Origin: Utricularia gibba
Taxonomy: Eukaryota > Plantae > Magnoliophyta
Assembly (NCBI GenBank): GCA_002189035.1
Contig: NEEC01000012.1
Span: 1,612,001-1,676,000, forward strand
DNA: 64,000 nt
Direction of reading: 5' to 3'
This document shows positions 1 to 12,699 of the stretch, piece after piece. Position 1 is the first letter of the stretch, and each line of letters opens with the position of its first letter. The notes beneath the pieces are model-generated. The model was not told the origin of the DNA and did not search any database. It worked only from the letters and a program-made list of their open reading frames with translations. The position numbers and the translations under genes were made by a program.

Positions 1-1950
1 TTGAGAACCTGCGATAGAATATAGAGTAAGGTAAGAAGCCTTTAGATGTAGTGTTTGAGTGGCAAACCGTGTTTGGAAGGATAGCAATGTTGAGCTGCTT
101 GTTTCACGTCGGGTTCACCATGATAGCAGTTTATATCGATGTGTGAGGGTTGTAGAACAGATATATTTTCATGTTATGCAAGAGTACACATATTTATAGT
201 TCTTTAGCAACGGTCGCCTACTTCTAGGGATTAGCCGTTGCTCACTACGACTTCCAACAATATTGACTTCAGCACGTTGGGCCATATCATCATGTTGGGC
301 CATTTTCTTGAAGTGGATGAGTAGCAAGATCTTTGTTGGTGGCCCATCTTCTGATCTTGCTGTCCAGTATAATCAGTCCGAGTTGCTGACAGACCTTCTT
401 CTTCTTCCTCCCGTTATCTCTCAACACATTCGTATTTTCCTGTTCTGGGTCCTCCACATTTCTCACAGTTTGCTGCTGGTTTATCTCATATTCGTCCTCA
501 CTCGACATCAGGGGGACCTTCTTCCTCTTCTCCCTTTCCATGATTTGCTGGACATTTTGGTAAACTAAGAATCCCACCAGCTCTCTCCATCTTGCCCTTT
601 CTTCCTCTTTTTCTTCTGTATCTGTAAAATTAGTGATTGCGTATTCGAATTCATGGTGTTACTCATGGATCACATGACTATGAATCTCAAGAACAGTATG
701 AATCACACTGTACTGTAAAGTTCTAGGGAAACCCCAGCTCAGCACTTTATCAAGCTTAGAGAATGATCACAAGCTCTAGATTCAATCGCCTGCTTCTTTA
801 TTATCTCATCTGAGAAAGAAAAACTCAATTCCTGCCTAGGAACTGGTCAGCGGCTCAGGGCGGCTGTGCTCCAAGAGTCCTTTACTTTCTGCCTTTTGCA
901 ACGCCCCATCAACCACCGATCGAGCACAGTCAGCACAGTGGAACCAGTCCTTTATAGATCTAAAACTCCTTCATTTAAGCTTTGTTTCAATGGAGTCTTC
1001 ATTAGCAGATCGACTCCATTTTCTAGAAAATGAATTTGATCCCACTATCAAAAGAGTAAGGTTTTGTGAGTGTTTATGTAAACCCTAAACCGCATTCGTT
1101 CATGATTTACAGGCATTAACACTCAGAACAGCTCTAGGGTTTTTGGCTGTGGGCATTACGATGAAAAAGCACAGTACCTGTGTCTAAGAAAGAGAAAGAA
1201 TTTGTCCAATTTACAAAACACGCATGAGGTAATGCTGCTGTTTCTGTTCATGGCTTAAAGAAAGGCCGACACTTTAGGGTTCTAAACTGAAACGACTTTA
1301 ATGTGACAAAGCAACCAGAAAAATCACCCCTCCCTGGCTGGTAAAAGTGCTTTTACTCTTTGGAAATTGAAGCTTGTCCGCAGTAGAAATCTGACGGTAA
1401 GAAAATGTCGAAACCTTATATCGACTCCACTGATTAAGCCCATGGGTTTTGTTTGTTCTTGAAAATGGATCAGCTCAAACAAACTAATTTAATGGTGGAC
1501 ATTTTTTCGATGAAATGAACCTGAACCTGAACCTACCCCTTTTTGAGTCGGCTCGAGAACCCAGAAGGAGCTCCGGACATGCCCGCCTTGGTTGGGCTGA
1601 GTGTAGTTGTCGTGGGGCATTAGCTCCACAGTACGATTGTCCTAAAAAAATGAATTCTTTGGGGCAGAGGCCGAGGGGTAGTCAAGAGAAGCGATTTCAA
1701 CCACAATGAATGCTGCTGCATCGTCCTTCGCATCTTTTGATGTCTGCGTGAACAGATTCTCTCGGGCATCTCCTCCTCCTCCTTCTCCTCCTTCATCCTT
1801 CAACGACTCTTTCGGGATCGCTGTGCTGTGCTGTGCTGCTGTGCTCCGCATTGTCTCCAGGAAGCGCATACTCTCACTTCCAAGTGGGAAGGGCACTACC
1901 TGCGGATCGTTCCAGAAATGTGAACTGTCTTCTTCCTTCTCCACTGGAAG
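1..1950 (-). other. 5' end of an unidentified minus-strand gene running out of the window (long leader with introns and short uORFs; possible first coding exon 303-222)
   Basis: GA-rich leader-like sequence and a telo-box AAACCCTAAA (1080-1089). Acceptor CTAATTTTACAG near 623. Strong-context AAAATGG at 303 gives MAQHDDMAQRAEVNIVGSRSEQRLIPR, followed by a candidate GTAGGC donor (221) and a TCGCAG acceptor (9-10). No protein family recognised. Confidence 0.3.
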
Positions 1951-2025
1951 TACTGCTCATCGTTGCTGCACAGTTTTAGGTTTTAGGTTATGGCTTTCAG
2001 ACTTCAGGGGTATTTTATTGCATCT

Positions 2026-2187
2026 ACTTGCGTTTGGAAATAATTTTAAATTAAAATTAATTTTAAAATTCAAATATATGCTTTTCTAGAATTCATATAT
2101 TTTATATTAAATTGAATGTTTATTCTCAATTTTTTTACTATTTTATAAATGTAAAATCAATCATTTGAAATTATTATCCAAACAACT
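2026..2187. mobile_element. Tourist-like MITE remnant
   Basis: Imperfect terminal inverted repeats TTGCGTTTGGAAATAATTT / AAATTATTATCCAAACAAC around an AT-rich core; TSD unclear. Confidence 0.4.
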
Positions 2188-2436
2188 TTTCAAAATTAAA
2201 TATAAATCTACATAGCATTTCATCTTATATCATGAAATTCCATATGTTGGAAGTCCTCATGAAACCCATAATTCCTCAAGAAGTAATAAAAGATCCCTTA
2301 TATCTAAACTATAATCATATTAAGATATGATCTTGTGTATAAGGTGGTTCCATCTAATGAAGAAAGTGACTTATATAAAAGGACATAAATTTCACATTAA
2401 AAGGAGACATTGAATTGATCTTTAGTTCAAGCTAAC

Positions 2437-2918
2437 CAGTGTTTTAAAAACTTGGGTCCATGGTTCGATCAGGTTAGATCCTAATCCATGTTTTAATGGA
2501 CTGGATCCAACTCTACTTTTTTTTTTTAATTTTTTATTATTACTTTATGAGAATGTTTATAAAGAAATATAAAACATATTTTAAACATTTGATATATTTC
2601 AAATAAATCTTAATAATTATATTTTTATATATGTATTTGTATTGCATTTGTATTTAAATTATATATTATTTGAATGAGATATGAAACAATAAAAATAATT
2701 TTGATAAAACTTTTTAATGTAATTGTATCAATTATTAAGATACATATTTTTATTTTTTAATATTTTGATGTACTAAATTATGGTTTTATAATTGTATTTT
2801 AATATTTTAATAAGTATAACTTAAAATAAATGAAACTGATTCAACCTATTTTAAAAAGGGTTCAACCCAAAACCATAGTTAAATGGTTGAATGGGTTCAA
2901 ACCGTTTTTAAAACGCTA
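2437..2918. mobile_element. hAT-family non-autonomous element (MITE), 482 bp
   Basis: TIRs CAGTGTTTTAAAAAC and (revcomp) TAGCGTTTTAAAAAC. Perfect 8-bp TSD AAGCTAAC at 2429-2436 and 2919-2926. An 8-bp TSD is typical of hAT elements. Confidence 0.85.
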
Positions 2919-5114
2919 AAGCTAACCATATGACTTCCCAATAGGGTTAATTATGCATGTATAATAGAATCATTGAAATAATAAAAAAGGTACTCTACAT
3001 AAAAATGATTATGTTGTACTTTCTAAACATGAACAAAAATAAATGGAAAAAAAAACAAAAAAAAATGATGTAAAATTATAGAAAATAATCATTTTGGATC
3101 ATTACTTCATCAGTGTAAATGTTTGCTCCCCTTTATATGTGTGCTATTCTAAATTAATACTAATCGATAACTATTATAACATCATAATTTGTTAGTGGAA
3201 TTATATAATCAATCATATTACCAAAATCATTTCACCTACCTTGATAATCTATTATTCTCAACATTGGATTCTAAATCCTATAGTTTACACCTTCCATATA
3301 AGTTAGGTTAAATGTGTTTCAATAATGATTCCTAATTGAACACTTCTACTTAGATGCTGAAGATGAATTTGGATTTTCTAACATGTACTTAGTCTTTAGC
3401 CACACACGAGCAAATTGACAAGAAAAATTTTAAATTAAATATCAAATAACATAATAAAATATCAACATATACAAGGATTTGCATAATATTCTTTATGAAA
3501 AAGTGTTCAAGCGCATACATTTGACTGTAAAATATGAAAAATATAAGAGAAAATTGGTTAAAACAACATCATTATTTAGATATTCATGTGAACCTAAGAT
3601 ATTGGATCAAATTTTCATTCTTCATGCAACTTAAGCCTTATTTTAAGCTCGAATTCATACATTTTCAAATTCATGAATTGTTAAATTTTGATTTATCTTT
3701 AAATTGAGTCGAAAATGTTATATAAATTCATAAAATATATTTTATTTTCGAAATATAGAATTAATATAAAAGATTAAAAATCAATATAGATTTAAGATAC
3801 AATGATAGGTAAAGTAAAAATTAGAATCTCAATAATAATAATAAAATATGTTTTAAAATGAAACAAAATAAAATCGTATATATATCATCTCATCAATCTT
3901 TAATAGAGTGTAGCCTGATCGCAAGCTCTTCATTGTTGGGAGGTAAACTTTCGTTCTTTTTTCATCATTAGTTGATTTTAAACATTAATTTGAATAGAAT
4001 CATTTGTGATTCTCATGTTTTTTCGAATTTCACCAATTTTTGCGCATTTTTCTTTTCCAAAAAGAATAAATCCATATCACCACAAAAACTTAATCGGTTG
4101 TTGACATAACTTTGGAACCATAACAACTACTATTATTATTAGTATTATCATGATTATTATTATTTAATTTGCATGTTAGGTTTCAGATGGAATGACATAA
4201 AATGCGAATGAATGCCTGGGTGACAAGCACCATGAGGCAGTCGACGCTTGACTGGACTGCAAAATTTAAAATATTAGAGTAATTTTATTCATAAAAAAAT
4301 GGAAAAGAAAAACAGATTGACGGTAACGGTTCAGCTTCAGCATCTGTTGAAAAGTAGCGTCGGTGTTCCCCTCTGGTTAAACGTCACCTTCCACAGCAAA
4401 CGAATGAATGACAGCTGATTGCATGTGTTCTAAGTGTCTATCGTCTAACTTTCTTTGGGCCCTGACTCCACTACCGCATTATCTCGCTGAAATGGATGGA
4501 CAAACTGCGATTTGATGAATTCGATTCCAACCCATCTATAAGTTCTCTGAATTCTTTAGCTTCCTGACTCCAAAAATCAATCTTTTCGTTCCATTCTTTC
4601 TGGGTCTTTGTCTTCCCCCCGTGAAACCTGTCGGCGTGTTTTTCGTGCATAGTGCAGCGCAGATTAGAGAAGAATCTGGTTTGCTTTACCACCCGCAATC
4701 TTGTTGTTTACTTTTCTGTTCAAAGATTTCGGGTAATAAATGGGAAGACATGTGCAGTGTTGTTGCATCGGGAAGTAATGATTCAGGTCTCCGGAAAAGC
4801 CTTGTCGAGTTGATGGGTTCTCATTTGTGGTAAGAAGCTCCACCGCACTTTTTTTCTTTTGGATAAGCGTTTTGTGGTTAACTTTCTGTGTTCTCCCACT
4901 GATATTGGAGTTTGCAAGAAATTTGATTAGGGAATCATGTTGTTGTTTCATGAATTCTTTACTGGGACATATCCCCAACTTATGATGAGTTTCTTGGATC
5001 CAAGTTGAGAATGCAAATGACTTTGGGTGTATGATCCTTGTTTGGGTGAAACAAGGGGTGTTGTGTTTTTTCCTGGTATTTGTTCTCTGAGCTGCTATTT
5101 TTATTGTTTTTGTC

Positions 5115-6710
5115 ATGCAATCACTCCTTGAAGGTAAAAAGGGGCTGGTGAAGTCTCTGATGGATGACAAGCAGATTGATCTGAAGAAACCTCTTATATC
5201 AGTTAGAAGACATTCTGGAAAAGGGGCATCAGTGACACATGATCGACAAGAGTCTCCCTTGGTTCTCCCTCGGCTTCCGTACTACATATCCGACCTGAAA
5301 TCTGGACCTATCAGCGATCCTGGAGCAGTGCCTTTTCAATGGGAACACAAACCTGGAAAGCCCAAGGCAGAGATAAAACCAGAACTGCGGATGGCTCCTA
5401 AGCTTCCTCCTGGCAGATTCATTGCTGAATTCCCCTGTGGCTCAGTGAAAAGTCCATCTCCCAGTGAAGAGATTGATGATTTTGAGAAACTGCGAAGGGA
5501 AACTGAGGGAAGCAAGAGTTCTTCTGACTGTGATGACGAATATGCAGATGCACCTGATAGATTGTCCTGGACAGAATCATCTTATTTGAATTGTGGTATG
5601 AGTGACTTCTCGGATTTGGATGAGAATCTGTCACAGAAATTTCCAGCTGGTCCGCATGCGAATGAGTTCATGATGAAGAGGTTTATCCCTGCAGCAAAAG
5701 CAATTGCTTCCGAGACACCTACATATTTACCCCCAAAACAATCTCTTGCAAGAGAAAAACCATTGCAAGTGAAACAGGGATTTTTTGGCAAGCCTGAACT
5801 CAGATATGGACCTAGTTTTGCAAAGAAGTACTCTCATTTTGGTTTGGATGCAGCAATAGAAGAAGAAGAGGACGATGAAGATGATGATGAAAAGGAATGT
5901 GATTTCAACGGTAGTTTTCCTGGGTATGTGGTTTATTTTCAAATCTTTGTCTGAAGAGCCCATTTTACCTCCAAAACCATGTTCCTAGTTTGAATCTGAG
6001 ATCAAGAGCATCTCTTTCTTCTGCAACTAAAACACCACCTGAGAAAGATTCAGATTCAAGTGACTCTGTAGTTGAGAAAACTGTCCTTGTTGATACTTTG
6101 CAGAAAGTGAGTAATCTGAGTTCTCCCTCCTCACCTGAAAATGAACATGAGATCACTTCGCGGATTATGAATCAGATGCATGAAACAGATTCTCCCATGG
6201 ATGATAGTATCATTGATGAAGAGTGGGAAAGAACAGAGCAACAGCTTATTTCTACCATCCAAAAGAAAACAACATTTCCTGCTTACTCCCACATGAAGCA
6301 TTTAGAGGTAACTCTGTCGCTATCTGCAGATGATGTGGAGAAGCATCTGCAGAGAGCAAGAACTCGGGATAACCTCCGCAGAAAATCTTCAGAGCGCCCA
6401 CTTCCTCCGCCTTTACCAAAATCTCCATCGGATTCCTGGCTGTGCCGCGCTTTGCCATCACTATCAGCATCTGCTCCCCAGAAAAATTTTTCGAAACCAG
6501 TGCTTGTTCCTGCAGCAAGTCCTCAAAAACTTAGTTTTACCAGCAATTGGAATTCATCTAAAGTATGCGCTCTTTTACCTATGTCTGTCGGATTCTTGAT
6601 ATCACCTTCAGTTTCATGTTACACTACTTCGTATCTGTTTTGGGCAGGAAAAGCTGATGAGCATACCAGAGTGTGATGAAGATCACTACAGTAGCAGCGT
6701 TCACTCTTGA
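5115..6710 (+). CDS. DUF688 family protein (one apparent frameshift near 5915-5926)
   Basis: DUF688-type motifs MDDKQIDLKKPLISVRR, VPFQWEHKPGKPK, FMMKRFIPAAKAIASETP, and after a frame switch VCGLFSNLCLKS and PPLPKSPSDSWLCRALPS. Start at 5115 or 5160. Probable last intron 6563-6647 (GTATGC...GGGCAG), stop 6708-6710. Upstream exon/donor near 4830. Confidence 0.8.
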
Positions 6711-6876
6711 TGTGGTTGGCTCTTTATTGTACTAGAAAGAATAGATCAAATAAATTCAACTGAGAGATTCACATCCAATGCTCTTGTAAGACACAATTCA
6801 AAGAGAGCTCCTACTGAGTACATAAAAGTTTATATGCATACTGTATACCAATGCAAAGTATTTCATACATCAAAAC

Positions 6877-9361
6877 TTATGACAACTTGGAGTCTAATCC
6901 AGTATAATCAGCAGCTGTATAAGATTCAAACAGTTCTCGGATTAGCCCCTGTTTCCTTCTAGGATTGCAGCCCATATCTTTGCAGAGTTGATCATTGTAC
7001 CAAATGTGAAAGCCCGCAATGCAAGCTCTCCTATACTCATTATTAACCGAGATTTTCTTCATGTACTTTCCCCACTCTTCAATGTCCTGTTCCATTTCCT
7101 TTATGCTGGGCAACGTAAACGCCCCATCTAGTAACGCCACGAGCCATTTGGAGCTCATTTCGAATGTGTAGATGTTCAAAAGAGACTCTGAATAGCCGAT
7201 AACCGCCATTTGTGGGATGCGTGGATGAATCATTTGCCTGTAACAAACATCATAGACTTGCAAAGTTGTAACACACATCTTACAATGAGACTCAAATACA
7301 AGCTCAAGCTAAGTAAAAGTACCTGTAGAGGGGCATCAGGGAAGTTGGAGACCGGCCGATGACGATGTCTCGGATGCTCGAGCGCGAAAACATGTTCCTG
7401 AGCTTCTCGTCTCCTTTGTATCCCGTTGCGAAGATGACTACATCTGCTACCAATGGTTGGTCCTTTTGTTCATCTAGAATCAAGCCCTCTTTGCAAAAAG
7501 AAATCTTTTTAGGCTTCTTGAACACAATACTTCCCGCTTCCACTTTGTCGTAGAAGTCCGATGGTATGATCATGACCTTACAAGTGGAAACATACTGCAC
7601 AAATGGTTCCTTTGGAACCATGTCGTATTTCTTCAGTGGAAGCTTCCGCTTCAAATAGCTCTCCACGAACTTGGAAAGCGCCCACCTCTACAAAAAAGAG
7701 AACAGAAAATAATTTAGACCTTTGTCATTCTTCATGTTGATCAAATTTGTACCATACCATGGGACTCAACAGTGTAGCCAAGAGACCGTAAAGCAGCCCT
7801 TCACGAGGCTTATGAATCAGCATCTCAGTAATGCGATTGAAAAGAAGAGCACCTATATCAACTCCCCGTGGAAACATGTCCGGCATCATCCACGGAATAG
7901 TTCGTTGCAACATCGTGCACGGAAGTTCGTTTCCTGGAAACCAAAAGCCGACCAAAGCTCAATTCACAATATCCCAACCTCAATCACTTTCAGAAAAATG
8001 CAATTCACCGAAAAAAACACACAGAGATTCACCAATCCTCACCGTTTGCAAGTGCACACTCGTAAGCCACATCGACGGCTGATTTATTACTGCCGATGAC
8101 CACGACTCGCTTCCCTTTGATGAGCTCCAATGCGGCAGCATTGTCCATCGCGGAGTAGTCCATGGAATGCAGGACTTTCCCGGAGAATATCTCCGGTCCA
8201 CGGCCATCGGGGAAGTCTGGTATATTCGGAAGGCCGCTAAACCTTCCGATACAGAGGACTAGGAAGTCCGCTTCATATTCCTACGGCAGAATCGCTGTAA
8301 ATTGTTACTCAAGATAAACGATTTCAAATCGTAAAGAGCAATCGGCGAAAAAACATGAATTAAATTAATAATATTTTAAAAGTTAATAAAAAAATAGTCC
8401 ACACTAATCATTTAACTCATTGATGGACTCCAATTAGGGTTTCAAACGATATCAAAAGTAGGATTAAATTAGAATTTAGTTGGGTTTCAAGATTTCAATC
8501 AAAACTCTTACATAGGTTTGGTGCATAAAAACCTCATTATTTTAAATTCACCCTTTTCATACAATTAATAAGAAAGTAAAAAAGATTTTATTAAAGACAC
8601 CAATGTAATTTTGATTTTAATAATCATAAATTCAATTTTTAATAACTATTAATCAAACACAATACTTTAATAAAAAAAATGTAGTCAATAAATACATTTT
8701 TTATCTTAAATCCATAAATAAGTTTTTTAAAAAATCTAAATATTTTAAAATGATTTTATTAAAGACACCACAGCCCCACCATTCTAGTTCCTCTTCATTA
8801 TTACTATTTTAGGTGATGACTAAACTATGGTTAAATTTCTTAGTTAAAGAATATAATATAATGTTACGATATATTTAATTAATTGACTTGGGAATTTACG
8901 TGATTAAAATAAAAAAATACCTCTGTGGATTTAGATAAGGTGTCAAGAACCTGGAGCTTCCACTTGCCTTTAGATCCAAATGCCCTCCCGCTTCCTCCCC
9001 ACAATTCCCATGCCTCCATTTCCTCTTCGCTTTCCCCCACGTAATCCACGCTCCTCACTTTGCTGTTGAACTTGATGTAGCGCGCCAAATCGAAATGCTT
9101 GGCGTAGGAATTGACGTACTCGAGGACTTGATCCGCCGGAGGGAACATCTCGTCGGCGTCGGGAGACGGCCAATCGAAATCGGAGAACCTGAAGTAGCGT
9201 TTCAGGTTCTGGAGCCGAGTCGTCTTCATCGTGTGATTCCATACCCCGCCGACTTGCCCCGCGGCTTCGAAGACCACAGGATTGAAGCCAGCGGCGGCGG
9301 CGTGCTTGCAGGCCAGGAGGCCGGCCATTCCGGCGCCGATGATCGCGACTCTCTTCTGCAT
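6877..9361 (-). CDS. FMO1: Flavin-containing monooxygenase, FMO1-like clade, copy 1 (intact, about 526 aa)
   Basis: Exons 9361-8921, 8280-8043, 7933-7758, 7687-7323, 7237-6877, all GT-AG, 1581 nt in frame. FAD motif GAGMAG, FMO motif [16 protein letters not shown] motif [10 protein letters not shown], and FATGY. Family-level call; orthology to Arabidopsis FMO1 is not established. Confidence 0.95.
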
Positions 9362-9702
9362 TTTGACTGTTTGAGTTTGGCGCGTTAAGGGATTAGTTGC
9401 TTTGACTGGGATTTGGGGGGAAAATGGAAGCCTCTATTTAAACCTTTTTTTGGTTGAAAGACACCACGGAATGAGTTATGTTGGCCAAGACGTCCACGTA
9501 GCACGGGTAGTTGCCATCCAAACTTTGGAAATCCAAAACCAAGCATTCTATTTATTAATTGAATTATAATTTATCATAATCATTTTTAAAATAAAAAATG
9601 CGAAACTCAAAACCGTGCACGGACATCTATAAACCGTTTGCCGGTCAATAATTTCAAATTCTAGTGGAATGACTATTGATTTCATATGACAATGTTTATG
9701 TT

Positions 9703-9849
9703 TAAGGGTGGAGCTTGGGCTTGAGCAAACTCAGCCTTGACCTAATCTTAAAAAAAATTATATGTTAATTTAATTTATATTTTACTTAGAAATCTTGTTT
9801 AACTTCATGGATTGACCAACCTTAAAAATTTTCTCAAGCTCTACCAATA
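9703..9849. mobile_element. Small hAT-type MITE upstream of FMO copy 1
   Basis: Ends TAAGGGTGGAGCTTG and (revcomp) TATTGGTAGAGCTTG. 8-bp TSD TTTATGTT / CTTATGTT (7/8 match). Confidence 0.65.
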
Positions 9850-9959
9850 CTTATGTTAAATGTTGAACTGAATATTTGCATCTTATTATAATATTGTTTG
9901 GATTTCATAGGAAAATGCTTATATTGAATGCTCAAATTTGACATTCATATGATTGCACA

Positions 9960-10320
9960 TTCATGCAACATTGTGTACCACTCTATTCGGTGTTTGGTTT
10001 GAACTTGCAAAGGACACGACCTTCATGCAATACTGCGTACCATTCTATCTGCTAGTAGTTTAAACTTACAAAGGATTGCAATTTCATGTAGCATTATGTA
10101 ACCCTATCCAACGTTGGTTTAAAATTGTAAAGAACAACTTCATGCAGCACTGCATAATGTTGTATCTAATATTGGTTTAAAGTTGTGGAGGACTGCAGCT
10201 TTACTCAATGGTGCATACCACTCTATTTGATGTGGGATCAAACTTTGAAGCATTGTAGTTTTTACGTTGCACCATTTAACACTCTATCTAGTGCTGGTTT
10301 AGACTTGCAAGATCATGTAA
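9960..10320. repeat. Degenerate ~60-bp tandem repeat, about 6 units
   Basis: Recurring TTCATGCA...TACCACTCTAT...TGGTTT(A/G)AACTTGCAAAG units starting near 9960, 10022, 10083, 10139, 10201 and 10260. Confidence 0.6.
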
Positions 10321-12219
10321 CATGATAATATGATGTTGGCTATAAATTGCAGATAGTTCTTTCATTATTAATTATAGACAGTTTTGATGGTTAACCAACC
10401 ATGGAGTGCATGCTCGGCTATTTAATCTCTCTAATGAGTGCTTATTGTGTCTCTTCATACCATTATTCCCAAGGAGAACACACTAGTTCCACCTTCCTTT
10501 TCCTCCACATTGGACTTCTGATAAACGAAAATCCATGTCATTGTTTAATTATGAAAATTTTGATTCAAATAAAATTTATAAAACCTAATTTTTTAGAGAT
10601 ACAAATCAAGCAATTGTATAGTGGAATTAAGCTTGAACATAAGGAGTTTAATACCTATTGCATGAAATTTAATACATTCTAGTTTCAAAATCGATTTCAA
10701 GTTTAAGCAAAAACTAGCATGAATTCAATAATTGCGTGACAATAAAAATAAAGAGATAATATGTTTATAATTCTAAAAGTGGAATGTTCATTCAACTCAT
10801 GTTTCAAACTAGCTCAAGATGATCTAAATCTACTCAAATCAATTATTTTTTTTTATTTTAATTTACTTAGGTATCCTATTTTCACCTTACCCTCAAGTCT
10901 ACCATTTTATAAAATTAATAAGAATAGATTTATTCAATCATATTAATCTCTATCCAAAAAAATCAACTATCTAATTACATCATATATATCCATTAGTTTA
11001 CCTCTAGGTTGGGTTTCCCAAGTTAGAATTATTTTTTTCCCTACTAGATATATATACTAGATTGTTATGAAGATTTAAACTAGCACATTTTTCTTTTTGA
11101 ATCTAGACTAAAATGACTACTTCTTCCACATCTTCCTAAGGCATTGCTCTAATCTAGTCAATCAAACTAAAGATAAGCAAAATATCTTCATGAAACAAAA
11201 ATAATGGTACATCCAATAGTCACAATCTTGATATAAAGAATAAAAAGAAACGAGAAGTAAAGAAAAATTCTGAAAATGTCAAATAATCCATTTTGCTTCT
11301 ATAGTACTATTTCTGGTTGAAAGTCGAATTAAGAAGTCAGAGATTGATGGATAAATTGTTGGTAATAACCCATGAAACCATAAAACTTAGAAAGAGCTTT
11401 TAGATTTGTAGGCAATAACATAGTGACGTATTGGATAAATTGTTTTCCAAAGAAACATTTTGATAGCTTAGCAAAGAGTTTGCTAGTACATTTATTCATG
11501 GTTTTGTTGTAAACAAGAATATCATAAAAAATATCAATAAAAACTTGTGAATATACAATAGGAAATAATATTCATGAGAGAAAAAAATATGAAGGGAGCA
11601 TTCGTCAGGCCAAAGAGATGTGAGGAAAGGATCAAAAGAAGAAAAGATTGGACAAACACTACTCTTAAAATTTTTTGTTTGAAAAAAAAAAGCTGATGCG
11701 ATCATAAATAATATAAATAAAGATAATGAAACTGAAGAAAATAATAATACTAATCATCTCATAATTTCACTTGAGACAATTACTAGATCAATAACATGAA
11801 AAAATAAAAAACTTATTATGAAATTGTAAACCAATCAGAAAAACTATGAAACATATGACATTGAGTTCAACCTATTTAAATTAGATCAAGTTGAGTAAAA
11901 TTGGGTTATAACATTTTAGTTCACTAACGTTGCTTTTATTTTGTGTAGGCCCATTTCCCTATTTATTTAAAAATGGCTTCATTCTTGTTTGGAAACAATT
12001 TTGATTATAATAAATTTTGAAAATTATGCTTTTTCTTTAAGTTCTTATAGAACTTGAGACTTATGAAATTTTATTTATGATGTTTAGTGTAGTTTATTTT
12101 TTTTGTTTCCTTTCATGTTTTGTGAGTATAGTAGCATTTTCATAAATTGAGTTGCAATGATATTCATTTCTTGAGAATTAACTTCTTCTTTCATGAATTA
12201 TTGTTTTATTTGAAACTTA

Positions 12220-12438
12220 GAGTATGTTTGGTAAAGCTTCTGCTTCAGTAGAAGCACTTCTAGAAGCAATTCTTAGATAAAACACGTGTTGTTCTGTTTT
12301 ATATGAAGTTGAAATAATGAAGTGCTTCGATTTTTTTAGAAGCTAGGGTATCTCTGCTTCAAAAAAAATGAAACGTTTCTAGAACCACTTATTTGAAGTT
12401 GTTTGAAGTTGTTTTCTGAAACAGTACCAAACAGACCC
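12220..12438. mobile_element. Tourist (PIF/Harbinger) MITE, 219 bp
   Basis: TIRs GAGTATGTTTGGTA and (revcomp) GGGTCTGTTTGGTA. TTA target duplication at 12217-12219 and 12439-12441. Confidence 0.8.
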
Positions 12439-12699
12439 TTAAGATCTGATTTTCCAAAAAATTGTGGTTTGAACTATCACATCAAAAACCAATGATGACA
12501 AAAAAACATGCAGCAACACAATCTTTTATTGAGCACACTAAGTGAGTGCATAATGAATGCAACAACAATGCTTGAATAGACAAAAAGTTGAACTAATTGT
12601 CCGAAAAAAAGTGCAACAGATCTCTGGTAAGAAATCCACTAATTATTCAACTACAATAACAGCATTCCTTGATCAACATAAGTGAATGTTTCTTGGGTC

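Noticed and set aside
9960-10320. CRISPR-like repeat-spacer array
   Set aside because: Units are degenerate over their whole length with no unique spacers, there are no cas genes, and the context is eukaryotic.
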